Part shown: piece by piece, positions 49,015-61,525 of the stretch
How the letters are laid out: each line of letters begins with the position of its first letter
Position numbering within the stretch: position 1 is the first letter of the stretch
Program-made: the position numbers and the translations under genes
Notes under the pieces: model-generated
The model's input: only the letters and a program-made list of their open reading frames with translations
Told to the model about the DNA's origin: nothing
Databases searched by the model: none
Assembly: GCF_006345805.1 (NCBI RefSeq)
Contig: NC_043016.1
Coordinates: 25,172,001 to 25,236,000 of the forward strand
Reading direction: 5' to 3'
Length of the DNA: 64,000 nt
Origin: Octopus sinensis
Taxonomy: Eukaryota

Positions 49015-50554
49015 GTTTGTATTTTATTGTTTCAAAAATTCTCTTATTTTTCACTTTCTATTTACACTGCTCTTTTACTTATTTCAGTCATAGGACTGCA
49101 ATCAAGCAAATCAATACTGGTTGTCAGTGGGAGCAAACACATAAACACACAGCCTTGCCCGTGTACTGTGTTCATTTTTGCCAAAATATATAATCTCATT
49201 AGTGTACATTAAAATAATTCTCTATTTAGATATCCAGAAATGTGTAATAACAGAGGATAGTTGATGTGTTCAATTATTATTCACTCTCTCTAGCATACAC
49301 ACACACACAGGCGTTCAAATCTTAGTACTATATGTGGATAATATATATTTCACCAAAGTAATGAGTATTTAGCTCTTGTTTCTTGACATTAGACAGGTAA
49401 AGTGTAAATCTTCCTCTTGAATGAAATATCAGGCTCACATCAATCAGCATTCTCATAATGTGATGTGTATTTTCAATGTTTAGAGGAAATGGTGCATGTA
49501 CCAAATAAATATCATTGCATCTCAACACACTTAAACATGAGCAGCATGCAATTAGAACCCTTGTGATTGCTTGAAATGTTATCATTGAAGATTTCTCTTT
49601 TAACATATCTCAAGGACTAGTCTTTCTTGTTAGATCCAGATATTTCAGCCCCCAACAGCTATAAAGCCTCTACAAAATTTAGATGAGATTCTCAATGAAG
49701 GTACTGCTCCCACATTTGAAAGTGCTGCTACATATCAATATCCTTGGCAGCCTTCAGAAAAGCAATTAGTATAAAATCACTCACAGGCATGCTCCATTCT
49801 CTGGCCAATATAGATATCCTGTCTTTTCTTTCTGCCTTTTTTTACTGCTGCTATACTCATTACTGTTATAATTTTTCTGTCCTGGTTTCAGTAGGCCTAT
49901 AAAGGTCATGGGCATTGGTCCTAGCTGATGTAAAAATATTAAGATTAAATAAACTTGGAGTATAGTTTACAAATATATATATATTTTGTGTAAATTGTAA
50001 AATAAAATTTCTTTTTACAATATGAGCATTATATAAGTTGCAAGTAAAGTGGGATTTTTTTTCCTCATTTGTAGTCTCCAATTTTCATAACAGAAATGCA
50101 AAAACTGTTTTGAAAAAAAAGTAAAATACTGATATACAAGCATGATTTATCTGCTTTGAAACATTTACATATTTGATTCAGTAATTTCAGGGGACCAAGT
50201 TAAATATTCATATTCTCCCATTATTGCAGTTATTAATATAAATGGTGCCACTGTCCTTTATTTTACTGGCCATTTCTACAATTCTTATTACCTCATTCTT
50301 AATCTGAGATTTAATTAATTTGTATGTAATTATATTTTAGTTTCTTCTCTAAAGAAACTAAAATATAAAAATGTGTGTTCTGGGTTCAAATTCCGCTAAA
50401 CTTAACTCAGCATTTTGAATCCCTGCCTCACCCCAAAGTACCAGACTAATATTGAGGTTATTTTAATCAATTATATTCTTCTGTTATAAATTTGTAGATT
50501 TTTACCTATGTAAGAAATTGTCTTTCTTATTGTTGCTATTTTCTCTCCTTGCAG

Positions 50555-50648
50555 ATTGCTTTCTTGGAAACTAATCCATACTTACTGGCTATTACTGTTA
50601 TCGTATCAATTGTACATAGTGTATTTGAATTCTTGGCATTTAAGAATG
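50555..50648 (+). CDS. CLPTM1: CLPTM1 exon 9 (IAFLETNPYLLAITVIVSIVHSVFEFLAFKN)
   Basis: ctccttgcag acceptor, GTAAGT donor, 94 nt. Confidence 0.97.
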
Positions 50649-51915
50649 GTAAGTATGCAAAAAGATTTTAAATATGATCTTAGCTAAAAACTTCTGAGAG
50701 AAAAATAAAACTATATATAATAGTTGAGAAGCATCATTATGTATAGATGTGTGTTTCTTAACTTTTGAAATTAGTTTATGAATAAATATGTGTGTGTGAG
50801 AAAGGATTTTCCCCAACTTTTTATGAGAGCCAGATGCACTTAGAGACATTGATAACAAGTCCTACTGCATGGTAGAACTCAAAGCATTGATTGAGGCTCT
50901 GGAGACTAGTACCATGTTATATCTGCACACACATACACGCATGACATTTTCATGTAAGCATTGTCCCTTGTTTCCAATCTTCTGTGCAAACAAGTCTAAT
51001 CATGGGGAATATTACCTCACTTGGTAATGTGAGGGTTGATGGTAGGAAGAGCACCTGGCTGTATAAAATCTGCCTTGACAAATCCTATCTTTGAAGGTGT
51101 TTTTGTTTTTTTACAGCTAGATGTCACTAACCCTCACCTGTTTCCAAGTAAGGTGACATTTCCCCGTGACAGAAGCCAAGGGATTCCACTTGTATAATAG
51201 TGGCACTTGTTTATATCTATCCCATGTCAAGAAAGGAGACACACACATAAACACACAAAATACCAATATACATACTTAACAAGTTTCTTTCAGTTTTGGT
51301 CTACTAAATCCACTCAAAGCTCTGGTCAGCCCAGAGCTATAAAAGAAGACATTTGCCCCAAGATGCAGACTGAACCTACAACCATATGGCTGGGAAGTGA
51401 GCTTCTTAACTGCGCAGTTGCACCTGCACTTATAGGGTTAATGAAACTAGAATTTCATTGTGTCGTAATGTGGAGAAAGCAAACAAATAGCTTCCTGATG
51501 CAAATGCAAGCTAGACTCCCTAAGCAGAGAAAAACTGATCTATTTAAGGAAATTGTTGTGCTCCATTGCGATAGGTAAAGCTCCAAGCAATGTAAAATAT
51601 GGCCCAGACCATAATTACCAGCATGAACGTCAAACTTCAAAAAGTAGTTAACCATTTAATGGTTTTAGTAAATTTATACGGAAAAAGTAGGCGTTATACC
51701 ATTCAGCTTCGTTATATTTTTTCTGTAAAAATCTATTGACATTAAATGAATCAACTTCCCATATGTCATTTTTCAACAAAAAAAATTTCTAAAACAGTTC
51801 TGGAAACAATCTACTCATGTAATTTACACAGCCCCTAAAATTGTTTTAGTTTGATTTTGCGAAAAAAGTGCGTAAATTACATGGATTTTTACGGTATATC
51901 TATTTACTTTTTCAG

Positions 51916-52106
51916 ATATTCAGTTTTGGAAAAGTAGAAAATCTTTAGAAGGACTTTCGGTTCGATCGGTTTTCTTCAATGTGTTCCAGTCCGTAGTTGT
52001 GGTGCTCTATGTGTTAGACAATGAAACTAACCCAATAGTGAAAATAAGTGTCATTATTGGACTAGCAATAGAAATATGGAAAATTCAAAAAGTTCTTGAT
52101 ATATCG
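51916..52106 (+). CDS. CLPTM1: CLPTM1 exon 10 (DIQFWKSRKSLEGLSVRSVFF...WKIQKVLDIS)
   Basis: tttttcag acceptor, GTAAGT donor, 191 nt. Confidence 0.97.
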
Positions 52107-52719
52107 GTAAGTAATCTCACAGTTTTCTAGAAATTGAAATTTTTATTTGTAGTGGCGGAGAGTTGTTGCAACATGTAAATTTCAAATTTTAATTAAGACT
52201 TACAAATGTTCAAACATTCTTAATATTTTTGAACATCAAAGTAGTAATATATATATATATAATGCTTACTGCCTTGAAAGATAAATTATCAAGCTGTAAA
52301 AGCAGTTCTATTAATGCTTAACCTGTTTGGTACCATATTTCTATCAATATTCACAGCCTATGTTCCAACTGAGTTCGAAAATTATGAAGAATTTAGTAAA
52401 ATAGCTTTGTCACATTAAAAAATAATTTTTTTTTAACATAAATTGACATGAAATTTTGAAGGACTGTTTTACTGTAGATAACTCTAAAACATAAAGTTTC
52501 TATCATAGATCTAGAGACAATCCCAGATGAGATGTCATCAAAAGAAGTAAATGCCCATGTTTGCAAAAGAAAGCCATATCATTCAAGCTTGAGAAAAATA
52601 GATAAACGGGTTTAAATGGTTGGTGAGGAAGGGAAAAAAAAAAACTGATGTAAATTATATTTTTGTTTCTGTTTAAATGTGAAATAAACAATAATATTCT
52701 TTGTTCCATTTATTTCCAG

Positions 52720-52812
52720 CTTGACCGTGAAAACAAAATCTTGGGTTTCATTCCCAGACCAATATTTAAAGAAAAATCAACATATAAATCAGCGACTAAA
52801 CAATATGATTTG
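52720..52812 (+). CDS. CLPTM1: CLPTM1 exon 11 (LDRENKILGFIPRPIFKEKSTYKSATKQYDL)
   Basis: atttccag acceptor, GTGAGT donor, 93 nt; matches human LDREHRVAGIFPRLSFKDKSTY. Confidence 0.95.
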
Positions 52813-52824
52813 GTGAGTGTCTTT

Positions 52825-53580
52825 GCATCGTCATTATCATCAACATCGTCACCATTTAATGTCTATGTTGACATGAGTTGGATTGCAACCACTTTGAATA
52901 GTGTATTGGGTACTTTTTACCAACACTAACAGGGTTAGATACCAAGTGACTTGCAAGACATGACTGCTCACCTGAGTGATGTGTTGTATTCAGGGAGGTG
53001 GCTTTGTGCTAGGTAATGAGAGGCTAGTGTATGAATAGAGGAACAGAAACAGGTGTGTTGTAGATGAGATACATGGCTAACTCCACTTGGGAAAAGCGAG
53101 AGGTGAGTGAAGTTGGTGAAGATGTCAGTCATACCCTCAAGTTAATAAGAGGTGTGTGTGTATGGAGTAGTATAAAGAATTGGATAGGGTGAGTGAATAG
53201 GTAAGTTTGCAAAAGGAGAAAGGAGTGAACATGGATGGGGGTGTCATGGTTCAAGGACAGGTTGTGTGCAGATAAGTTCATGACAGTGCAAAAGGAGAGT
53301 GGGAGAGGGGAGGGGAATGCAGTAAGAGGTGAACATGGGTGTTAGGAAGAGTTGATGAGCAGAGATTCATCAGGGGCATAGGCATAAGCAACATGCCTTA
53401 GAGAGACAGATCTTCTCAAGCACAGGAAACTGCCAATCATCTCAGTCCTTTGTCAACATCTGAAGGTTATTTTTCACCACTTTATCCTTTGGTTACGTGG
53501 GGTTTCCTCTTTCAGCTTCTAAACCGATTTAGCATCTGACACTTCTTTACACAGCTGTCCTCATCCATATGCATTTTTTA
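52825..53580 (-). mobile_element. 5'-truncated RTE-type element in intron 11, tail next to the exon 11 donor
   Basis: C-terminal coding remnant at 53400-53580 (tcttctcaagcaca = LEK), purine-rich insert, and a (GAT)-like tail catcgtcattatcatcaacatcgtcaccatttaatgtc starting about 13 nt after the donor. Confidence 0.65.
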
Positions 53581-53975
53581 TGACTATACCAGCAGGCAAG
53601 GAATGGGGGCCCTTCCATAAGACACATCTCATCTCCCTGCCTTTTATTCCTTTCTTCCTCTTCTCCCCCTCTACATTTAAATCTCTTGCACTACTATGTG
53701 AATCGCTATTACCAATTCTTTTTCCTGATGAAGGAAGCACATATTATGGTAATTTCTTTATGCAACCATTTACTGGTTGCTTATGTATGACTTTTTGCAC
53801 ATTCCTTCTACTAATTATGAATATTGTGATTATTACCTAATTCTGAACTTCTAGAAACAGTTGTCGAGTTAAACTACACATTCTTTCATTAGTATTCTGT
53901 ATTATATATGCTCTATGTAAATTTATCTATCTATCTCTATATATTTATGTATGTGTGTGTGTGTATGTATGTATG

Positions 53976-54014
<39 letters not shown>

Positions 54015-54192
54015 CACCATTGACCTGCCACCAACTTCTTAACCATCGTGTTTGCATCTATGATGCTAATAAATAAAGATCCTTAAAGATCTCTTGTTGT
54101 TCCTCCTTCTAAATAATTATTCTATAGTAACATAGTAAACATTTTTCTTTTTATCAAAAAATGTAATAAACTTTTTTTTTCTCTAATTCCAG

Positions 54193-54328
54193 GTGGCTTT
54201 CAAGTATTTATCATGGTGTTTGTTTCCTTTGTTAGTAATGTATTCTATCTACTCATTAGTATATAATGAACATAAGGGATGGTATTCATTCTCATTAAGT
54301 ATGTTGTATGGATTTTTGCTAACATTTG
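54193..54328 (+). CDS. CLPTM1: CLPTM1 exon 12 (VAFKYLSWCLFPLL...EHKGWYSFSLSMLYGFLLTF)
   Basis: aattccag acceptor, GTGAGT donor, 136 nt. Confidence 0.97.
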
Positions 54329-56415
54329 GTGAGTATTTTTTTTTATTGTTGTTGTTGTTGTCATAATAAATATTGCGTGAAGCTGGCAGAATCATTAGCA
54401 CACCAGGCAAAATGCATAGCAGTATTTCGTCTGTCTTCACATTCTGAGTTCAAATTCAGCTGAGGTTGATTTTTGCCTTTCATCTTTTTGGAGTTGATAA
54501 AATAAGTACCAGTCAAGAAGTACTAGGGTCAATGTGATTGACCATCCAGGCTTTGTGCCTATAGTAGAAAGGATTGTTGTTATTATCTGCAGATAACTTT
54601 TTAAATTACTTTGTCTTAATGTGGCTATAAATTTAAAGATACTTGATGACTAAATATGTGCACATGGTCTCAAACCTTGTTGGCAGTTTTTGAGTTCTGA
54701 CATTAAACTGTTCCTCTGCATTTAATCTTTGTTAGTGGTGTACATCTAAGTCCTAACACATTGATTGAGATGAATTAATGTATTGATTTTGTTAATGTGG
54801 TTTGTTTGTATGTATTTATATTTGTCTGTACTGAGTGAAAGACATAATAATTTCTGGGTGGTGGTAGTTAGTAATAGAGTTCTGGGTTGTTGTTAGCCCC
54901 ATCTATGGCTTCTAGACTAGTCTAGTCATGACCATCAGTATAAATACTTACTTCAACAATTTATATCATAGGCACAGGCATGGAGTGTGTGAGAAGAAGC
55001 TTGCTTCCCAACCGGATTCAATTCCACTATGTGGAACATTGGGCAAGCCAACCAAAGCCTTGTGAATGGGTTTGGTAGACAGAAACTGAAAGAAGCCCTG
55101 TCCCCCACCCTTGATTGACAACCAGTTGTTCGTGAGTTACATTCCACAACTTAGTGGTTCTGCAAAAGAGAGCAATAGAATAGCTACCAGGTTTTACAAA
55201 AGAAAATTATTAGTTCTTGAGTCAATTCATTTAACTAAAATTCTTCAAGGTGGTGCCCCAGCATGGCTAATGATTGAAAGCAGTAAAATGTAAAAGATTT
55301 AATAAAAGCCCTATTACTGGAGAGTAAAATTGAAAGGTGTACTTAACATGTAATGGTTGCCAACTTCATGGTTGTGTCAGTGGTTCCAGATGGTAGTGCT
55401 ATTGTTGTTTAACATAAGTCAATCTTGACTAAGTAGATCAAAGGTACCTCAACCATGGCTATCCCATCCATTACATTGTCCTATATGTAAGCAGATTGTA
55501 ATTTAACCCATTAGAATTCAAATTATTCTGTTAAATGTAATGCTTTTCATTCACATTGTTTAGAATTAATCATTCATTATCTTGTAGCTTTTGAGATTTT
55601 TATGATGTGATTGTATAGTATTAGAATGATATTGTACAGTAGGTGTGAAAGGATGGAACTGGTCAGTTTGAGTATAAGATAGGTAGAATATATTGGCCTG
55701 ATATGGCTGTTTAAATGCTAAAGGATTAAGGACAATTTGGTTTTTCTTTCTAACAAGTCTATAGATGATCATTCATTTCCTCTACTTCTAGGTGTGCTGG
55801 TGGTTATTAAGTAGTATTGAGCATTAATAAATGTACAATAGTTTTTTTCATGTGACCTACAAATTTCTGTAATTGTTAATTTAACATTTACTACATCCTA
55901 GGTTGAACATCTTAGATCTATCTGTAGTGTTTAAAAAGAATCTTGAGCCTGAACAAATAACTACACTAAAGTGTAAGAGTCACCAATCATTTAGCTGAAC
56001 CTGTTGACATCATTATGAAAACCAATGAGAATTTAAATATGCATTGTTAATAACACTATCAGTAACCAATCAGAGGTTCTAGTTTGTTTACACTTTTACA
56101 AAATAAAATTAGGTCTCTGTAACCTATATTTTTGAAATCTTGTACAAAATGTTTTTTCACTACTGCCATCTTTTAAAATCTCCCTCTTTTTTCTTTTTCT
56201 TTTTTTTTCATCCATTTGAACCTATTAATTTATATTTTATATTCTCTTATATTAATATATTTTTTTAAAGTAAGTTTCCATACAGTTATTCCCATTTTAA
56301 TATTGAAGGTTTTTTTTGTCTGTTTTCCTTTTTCAAATGAATTAATGTTACAAAATAGCAATTCTCTTCTATTGTAAAGTTGTTACTTTATTTATTTTTG
56401 TTTTTCATTTTTCAG

Positions 56416-56583
56416 GGTTCATTATGATGACACCGCAGTTGTTCATCAACTATAAGATGAAATCAGTTGCACATCTTCCATGGCGTATGCTAACTTACAA
56501 AGCATTAAATACATTTATTGATGACATATTTGCATTTGTTATCAAAATGCCAACACTGTACCGGTTGGGCTGTTTCAGGGACG
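56416..56583 (+). CDS. CLPTM1: CLPTM1 exon 13 (GFIMMTPQLFINYKMKSVAHLPWRMLTYKALNTFIDD...GCFRD)
   Basis: tttttcag acceptor, GTATGT donor, 168 nt, the most conserved block of the family. Confidence 0.97.
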
Positions 56584-58845
56584 GTATGTAGATTTACCTA
56601 ATTCTTGATTTTATGTTGTTGCATCTTAAGAGCCAGTCTACTTATTTTTCAGCACAGTTTCTTTTAAAAAGTACACTTCATTTTGATTGAGTTGCATTCT
56701 GTTTGTGTTTTACATATTTCAACTGAATTTTATTAAAAGGTTGTTTTCGTTAGATGAGTTTTGACATTTTTCATAGTATAAGAAGCTGTTAATTATTATA
56801 TGGCAAGGGATTATGAAATCAGGTACACCACTGGTGGTATAGGTATCTCAAATAAGACCCTTTACTGGTAACAGAATATTGAAAGCTATATGTATAACTG
56901 TCTATGAACCATTTAGTTTATATAATTATTGGAACAATTAATCTTAAATATGAATGCAGAGAGTCTTATGTTCTAAGTTCAAATTCTGTCAAGTTTGACC
57001 TATGTTTCATCCTTTCAGGATCGATATAATAAGTACCAGTTGAGTATTGGGGTTGATATATTTGACACACACACACCCCCAAAAAAAATTGCTGGCCTTG
57101 TGCCAAAATTTGATAACTTTATAGATACAGAGTACAAAAGTACTAGTCTGGGGAGGAAGAATTCAAAACTGTTTTGAGTGGAATTTGTAAATGAAATGTA
57201 TTATGCACAGTGTAGATGATGTAAGTTCAGAAGGCAGGATTATGGTTGTAAAGGTAGACAAAGACAGAATGGTGGGGCATAGCTTCACTGTATGTAGAAG
57301 GTTGGGAACAGCTTTTATGTAGTGTTTCCTTAATAGTTTATTGTTTACAAGATCTCATCTTACTCTTAGTAGTGGCTACATTGAATGAGTCATGAGGTTC
57401 AAAATTGAACTACAATTCAATTTTCATTAAGAAATGAAATCCCACAACCAAATATTGATAAACCAGGGGAATTTTCAATGTAGTAAAATACAACATTGTT
57501 GAAAAAATATTTTGTGGGAACTGCAACAACATTTTAGCACCTCGCACCTGTATAGCTAAGTTGTAGTAATGGTTCTTTGCCTTATGGAATTAGTGTATAA
57601 ATTATTAAATCATCACAAATAAAATTTGAATTTGGCAGCAGAGTGGGGCATTATTTCATTTGTCTGACTCCATTCCTTTCTGCTTGCTACTACAAATTGT
57701 TTCCCTTCAGAGATTTGTTCAATCCATATCATAAAGCCTGACAACAATCTTCAACACACATGTTCCTTTCTGTTGAAGAGCATGGGCTCACAACGTAAAA
57801 GACTTTCTCACCTTCCTGAGCGTCACTCTAATACACTTATTTGTTGTTTATACACCTGTCTTCATCTTTTGTTTTTCTATAAATTTCGACTAATATATAT
57901 ATATTTACATACAAATGACATTGTAAGGATTTTTTGGATGATATCTCATGAGGAATAAGTATGTCTATATTTTCTGTGTGTATTTTCCATTTGATGTGTC
58001 ATGTTTCTAATTAATTTTTGAAGTGTGGCTGTGTGGTAAGAAGCTTGCTTCCCAACCACATGATTCCAGGTTCAGTCCCACTGCATGGCACCTTGGGCAA
58101 GTATCTTCTACTATAGCCTCGGACTGACCAAATCTTTGAGTGGATCTTGTAGGCAGAAACTGAAAGAAGCCCATCATGTGTGCGTGTATTTGTCCCCCCA
58201 CCCCCACCATCACCACTTGACAATTGGTGTTGGTGTGTTTACATCCCTGTAACTTGGCAATTTCGCAAAAGAGACCAGTAGAATAAGTACTAGGCTTTAA
58301 AAATGTCCTGGGGTCAATTTGTTCAACTGAAATCCTTCAAGGCAATGCTCCAGCATGGCCACACTCAAATGACAAATAAAAGAATATATATACATACACA
58401 CATCATCATCATCATCATTTAACATCCATTTTCCATGCTGGCATGGGTTGGACAGTTTGACATGGAGCTGTTTGTTGTGCATTGTCAGTTTTCCAGGAGA
58501 TAATTCCTGCACAACTGCTTGTTTATTGACAAGCAATGAACACAGGTTATATAGAATTGGTGAACTAAATCCAATCATAATTTAAATCCTATTTCCTGTC
58601 TTAAATTGCCAAAATTAAAACTGCTTATGTTCTAAGATAAGAGGTCAAATTAAAATGAATCCTTTGAAAAACCATTGGGCTGATGCTTTGCTGCAACACT
58701 AAGGCCAAATCTTTGCCTATTGCAAGAAACTTTGTTTGTAGTTCTTGGGAGTATTCTCAATAGTTAGGTAACTTGTGGTGTGTAGAATAAATTGGGATTT
58801 GTCTTTCACAAAGATACAATAATGACTAATGGATTTGAACTCCTG

Positions 58846-58912
58846 AATTGTATACTCACTCACCTCTAGAACTAGATCTAATTGTATACTCACTCACTTC
58901 TAAAACTAGATC
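58846..58912. repeat. 34-bp tandem duplication
   Basis: aattgtatactcactcacctctagaactagatct followed by aattgtatactcactcacttctaaaactagatc. Confidence 0.9.
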
Positions 58913-59516
58913 GTATCTTACCTGTCGGATCTCTTTGTTGCAATCAAAGATTTCATTATGCCTCCACTGACAGCTATTCTTGAAATTAACATACTTCAGG
59001 GAAAAAATTTTTTGATAATATTCTTGCACCGTTTAGATCCACTTACACCACATTCTGGTAATAACATCCATTAATTCTCCTCCAGGGACTTTGTTCCCTT
59101 CTAACCTCTGATACTGCTGTTTCCTTTCTGTTACTCCCCACCAGTGTTGTCTCTTTAGTCATCACTCCTCTATCTTCACACAACAATAAATCGGTCCTCC
59201 CATCATATTTCTCTCGACACATCAATTTAAACTCAGCTTACATTATCATCCCCTGAGTTGTGAAGCTCGTTAGTCTTGTGAATATTACAAGGTGAACCTC
59301 ACCAGTGATGGCTGATGCCACACAATAATATACACTCAGTAAAGTGATTGATGTTAAGAAAAGCATCCAATCATAGAAACTATGCCAAAACTGAGATGTT
59401 CAAGCAAGATGTGCTTTCCTGTCTCATCTCAGAAGACAATGACTCTGAATAACATCTGACACAAACCATGATAGACTATTCAGTCCATGCTGTCATGGAA
59501 GCCTTTATATTGTATA

Positions 59517-59726
59517 TATGAGGGGGTGTTGAAAAGGTCCTTGCTTTGGGTAGAAGAAAATACAGGGGGATCAGTTACGATTTTATTCAACATATTCCCC
59601 TTCTCAGATTCACAAACTTATTGCAGTGGTCCTTCAGTTTTTCTGAGTTCTGTAAAAGAACTCAGAAGGTTAGGCCTTTTGTGATGCTCATAAGCCAGGG
59701 ACTTTTCAACACCCCCCCCCCCTGTA
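59517..59726. mobile_element. mariner-type MITE
   Basis: TA-TGAGGGGGTGTTGAAAAGGTCC ... GGGACTTTTCAACACCCCC..TGTA; internal perfect 11-bp hairpin at 59641-59667. Confidence 0.75.
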
Positions 59727-60239
59727 TGTGTGTGTGTGTATGTAAATATATATATTATATAACTGTCACGTTATTGAAGACTGTCTTTGGATCCACTTTT
59801 TACTACATTCCTGACAATATTTATGAATTCCCCTCCATTTAACTGAAGTTAGGTTTAACATTAAATTATATGATTGGGGAGTTTTTTTCCCGTCACATAA
59901 ATGTAGAATTCAAAAGTGTTGTGGTGGATGCCCTCAGGTAAGAAGTGGGCTGGTCCACTACTAATAAATAGTGGACAGACTCAGTAAGTAGTGTCAGTCA
60001 GCGAGGTATGCTGTTCAATGATATGATTCAAAATGGAATCATGTCATTGAACAGTTCCAGCTTCATGGCTGAAAAACAGCAAACTACACAATCTAACAAG
60101 GAATAAAAGATTCAGCATGCTCGCCAAAGGTGTTAAAAATAGCTTCCAAGTCTCCCTTAAATCTCTCTCTACTGTTAAAATAAAAAGGGAAGGCGCACTG
60201 AATAATGTGATTCTAGATAGATTGTTGGAATCTAGACTG

Positions 60240-60362
60240 TTGGGTTTCATTCCCAGGCCAATATTTAAAGAAAAATCAACATATAAATCAGCGACTAAAC
60301 AATGATTTGGTGAGTGTCTTTGCATCGTCGTTATCATCATCATCGTCACCATTTAATGTCTA
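60240..60362 (+). pseudogene. Duplicated fragment of CLPTM1 exon 11 plus 5' part of intron 11 (pseudo-exon)
   Basis: 120 of 125 aligned columns identical to 52741-52865. A 2-nt deletion creates CAA TGA; donor GTGAGT retained at 60310; native acceptor absent. Confidence 0.93.
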
Positions 60363-61106
60363 ATGTCGCAATTGGATCAAGAGGTTCTACTTACATGCAA
60401 AATGTTTCAGTAGTCTTATCTTCAACTTGTTTCTTACATTTCTTAAACCTATTCCACTTGGTTATTTAGGGTAAGAGAATATCAGTGACACATTGAGATT
60501 AAACCACATCACCAATAACAAGATGGATGTTGAACTGTGATGAATCAAATGTTTCAACAAACTTGCCCATAATGCACTAAATACCGTAATAGCCAGTTGT
60601 TAAAATCTCCAGGTCAGCTTAAATTAAACTGGTCTGTGACCAGAAGTATTCCAGCCATGACCATCACATCTTTTATTAAGACAGTAGATGTGATTTGAGA
60701 AAGAGAAAGATGACTTATTTCTAGCAGGTCAAACAGTTATGTAGAAGCTCCTTCATACTTGTGTATATACACGCACACATAAGGCAGAGGATGTGAATTT
60801 AGGAAGATTTGGCTGCTATTTTTAACAAGTCAAGTAACCACATGGATCCTTCATTGTTTTTCTGAGTATTTCACCTTTCCCTTTGCATTCTGAGTACCAA
60901 TACCACAAAGATCAGTCCTGTTTTTCATTTCTCCAAGTTCAATAAAACAGGTACTGAGTCATTGATTTAGTGCCCTTCTCTTATGAATAGGTGCCCTTGT
61001 GCCAATTTAAAAACCATTAGTGTGGTTGCTTTGTTTAAGCCTTTAGTTTTGGTGTCATATTTCTGGCAGTAATTACACAATGTAACTTTTTTTTTCGTTT
61101 GCCTTT

Positions 61107-61525
61107 GGTAAGTAAATGTTATTTCCTATTTGCTTCTATTTAGATATCAAAGGAAATGATTACTATTCCCTTCAAACTTTGCTTTTGTTACCTGGATGTC
61201 AATGTTTTGAGATGGGCCTATTTTCTGTTATATTTCAGAGATTCAGCACTAAGTTGTTAAAGCAGAAATATTATAACAAATATTCTGCTTAACACAGATT
61301 TACCTGTCAGTTACTTGACCTTAACCACATGAGCATGTTGCTTAGTGGCTGACAATATGTGCATTTCTGATCATGAGCAGGAGTAGTGGGAGAGCATCGT
61401 ATCAATGTGTAGAGACGAATTCTTTAGGGTTTGAATAAATGTAACAAAAGCAAAGTGTGAAGGAAATGTTAGCAATTTTTCATACTTTCTAAGCGGTAAG
61501 CAAATAGGAAATAGCAGTTGCTACC
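61107..61525. mobile_element. MITE with ~85-bp imperfect TIRs
   Basis: gttatttcctatttgctt...ttcccttcaaactttgcttttgttac versus the reverse complement of gtaacaaaagcaaagtgtgaaggaaa...aagcaaataggaaatagc; TSD not resolved. Confidence 0.7.

Noticed and set aside
11447-55729. Apparent same-strand bias of piggyBac MITEs
   Set aside because: A minus-strand family B fragment exists at about 5985-6078, and 5 of 5 for family A is not significant.
59041-59225. Possible antisense exon ending at a GTAAGT donor on the minus strand
   Set aside because: No recognisable protein similarity or partner exons; such motifs arise by chance in 64 kb.
60117-60305. ORF with ILDRLLESRLLGFIPRP resembling a full paralogous exon (LDR...LGFIPRP)
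   Set aside because: Nucleotide identity to exon 11 starts abruptly at 60240; the upstream LDR uses entirely different codons, so it is most likely coincidence.
60255-60335. A-to-G differences between exon 11 and its copy as a footprint of RNA editing
   Set aside because: Only 2 of 3 substitutions are A-to-G, and one is equally explained by CpG decay in the source; too few to support anything.
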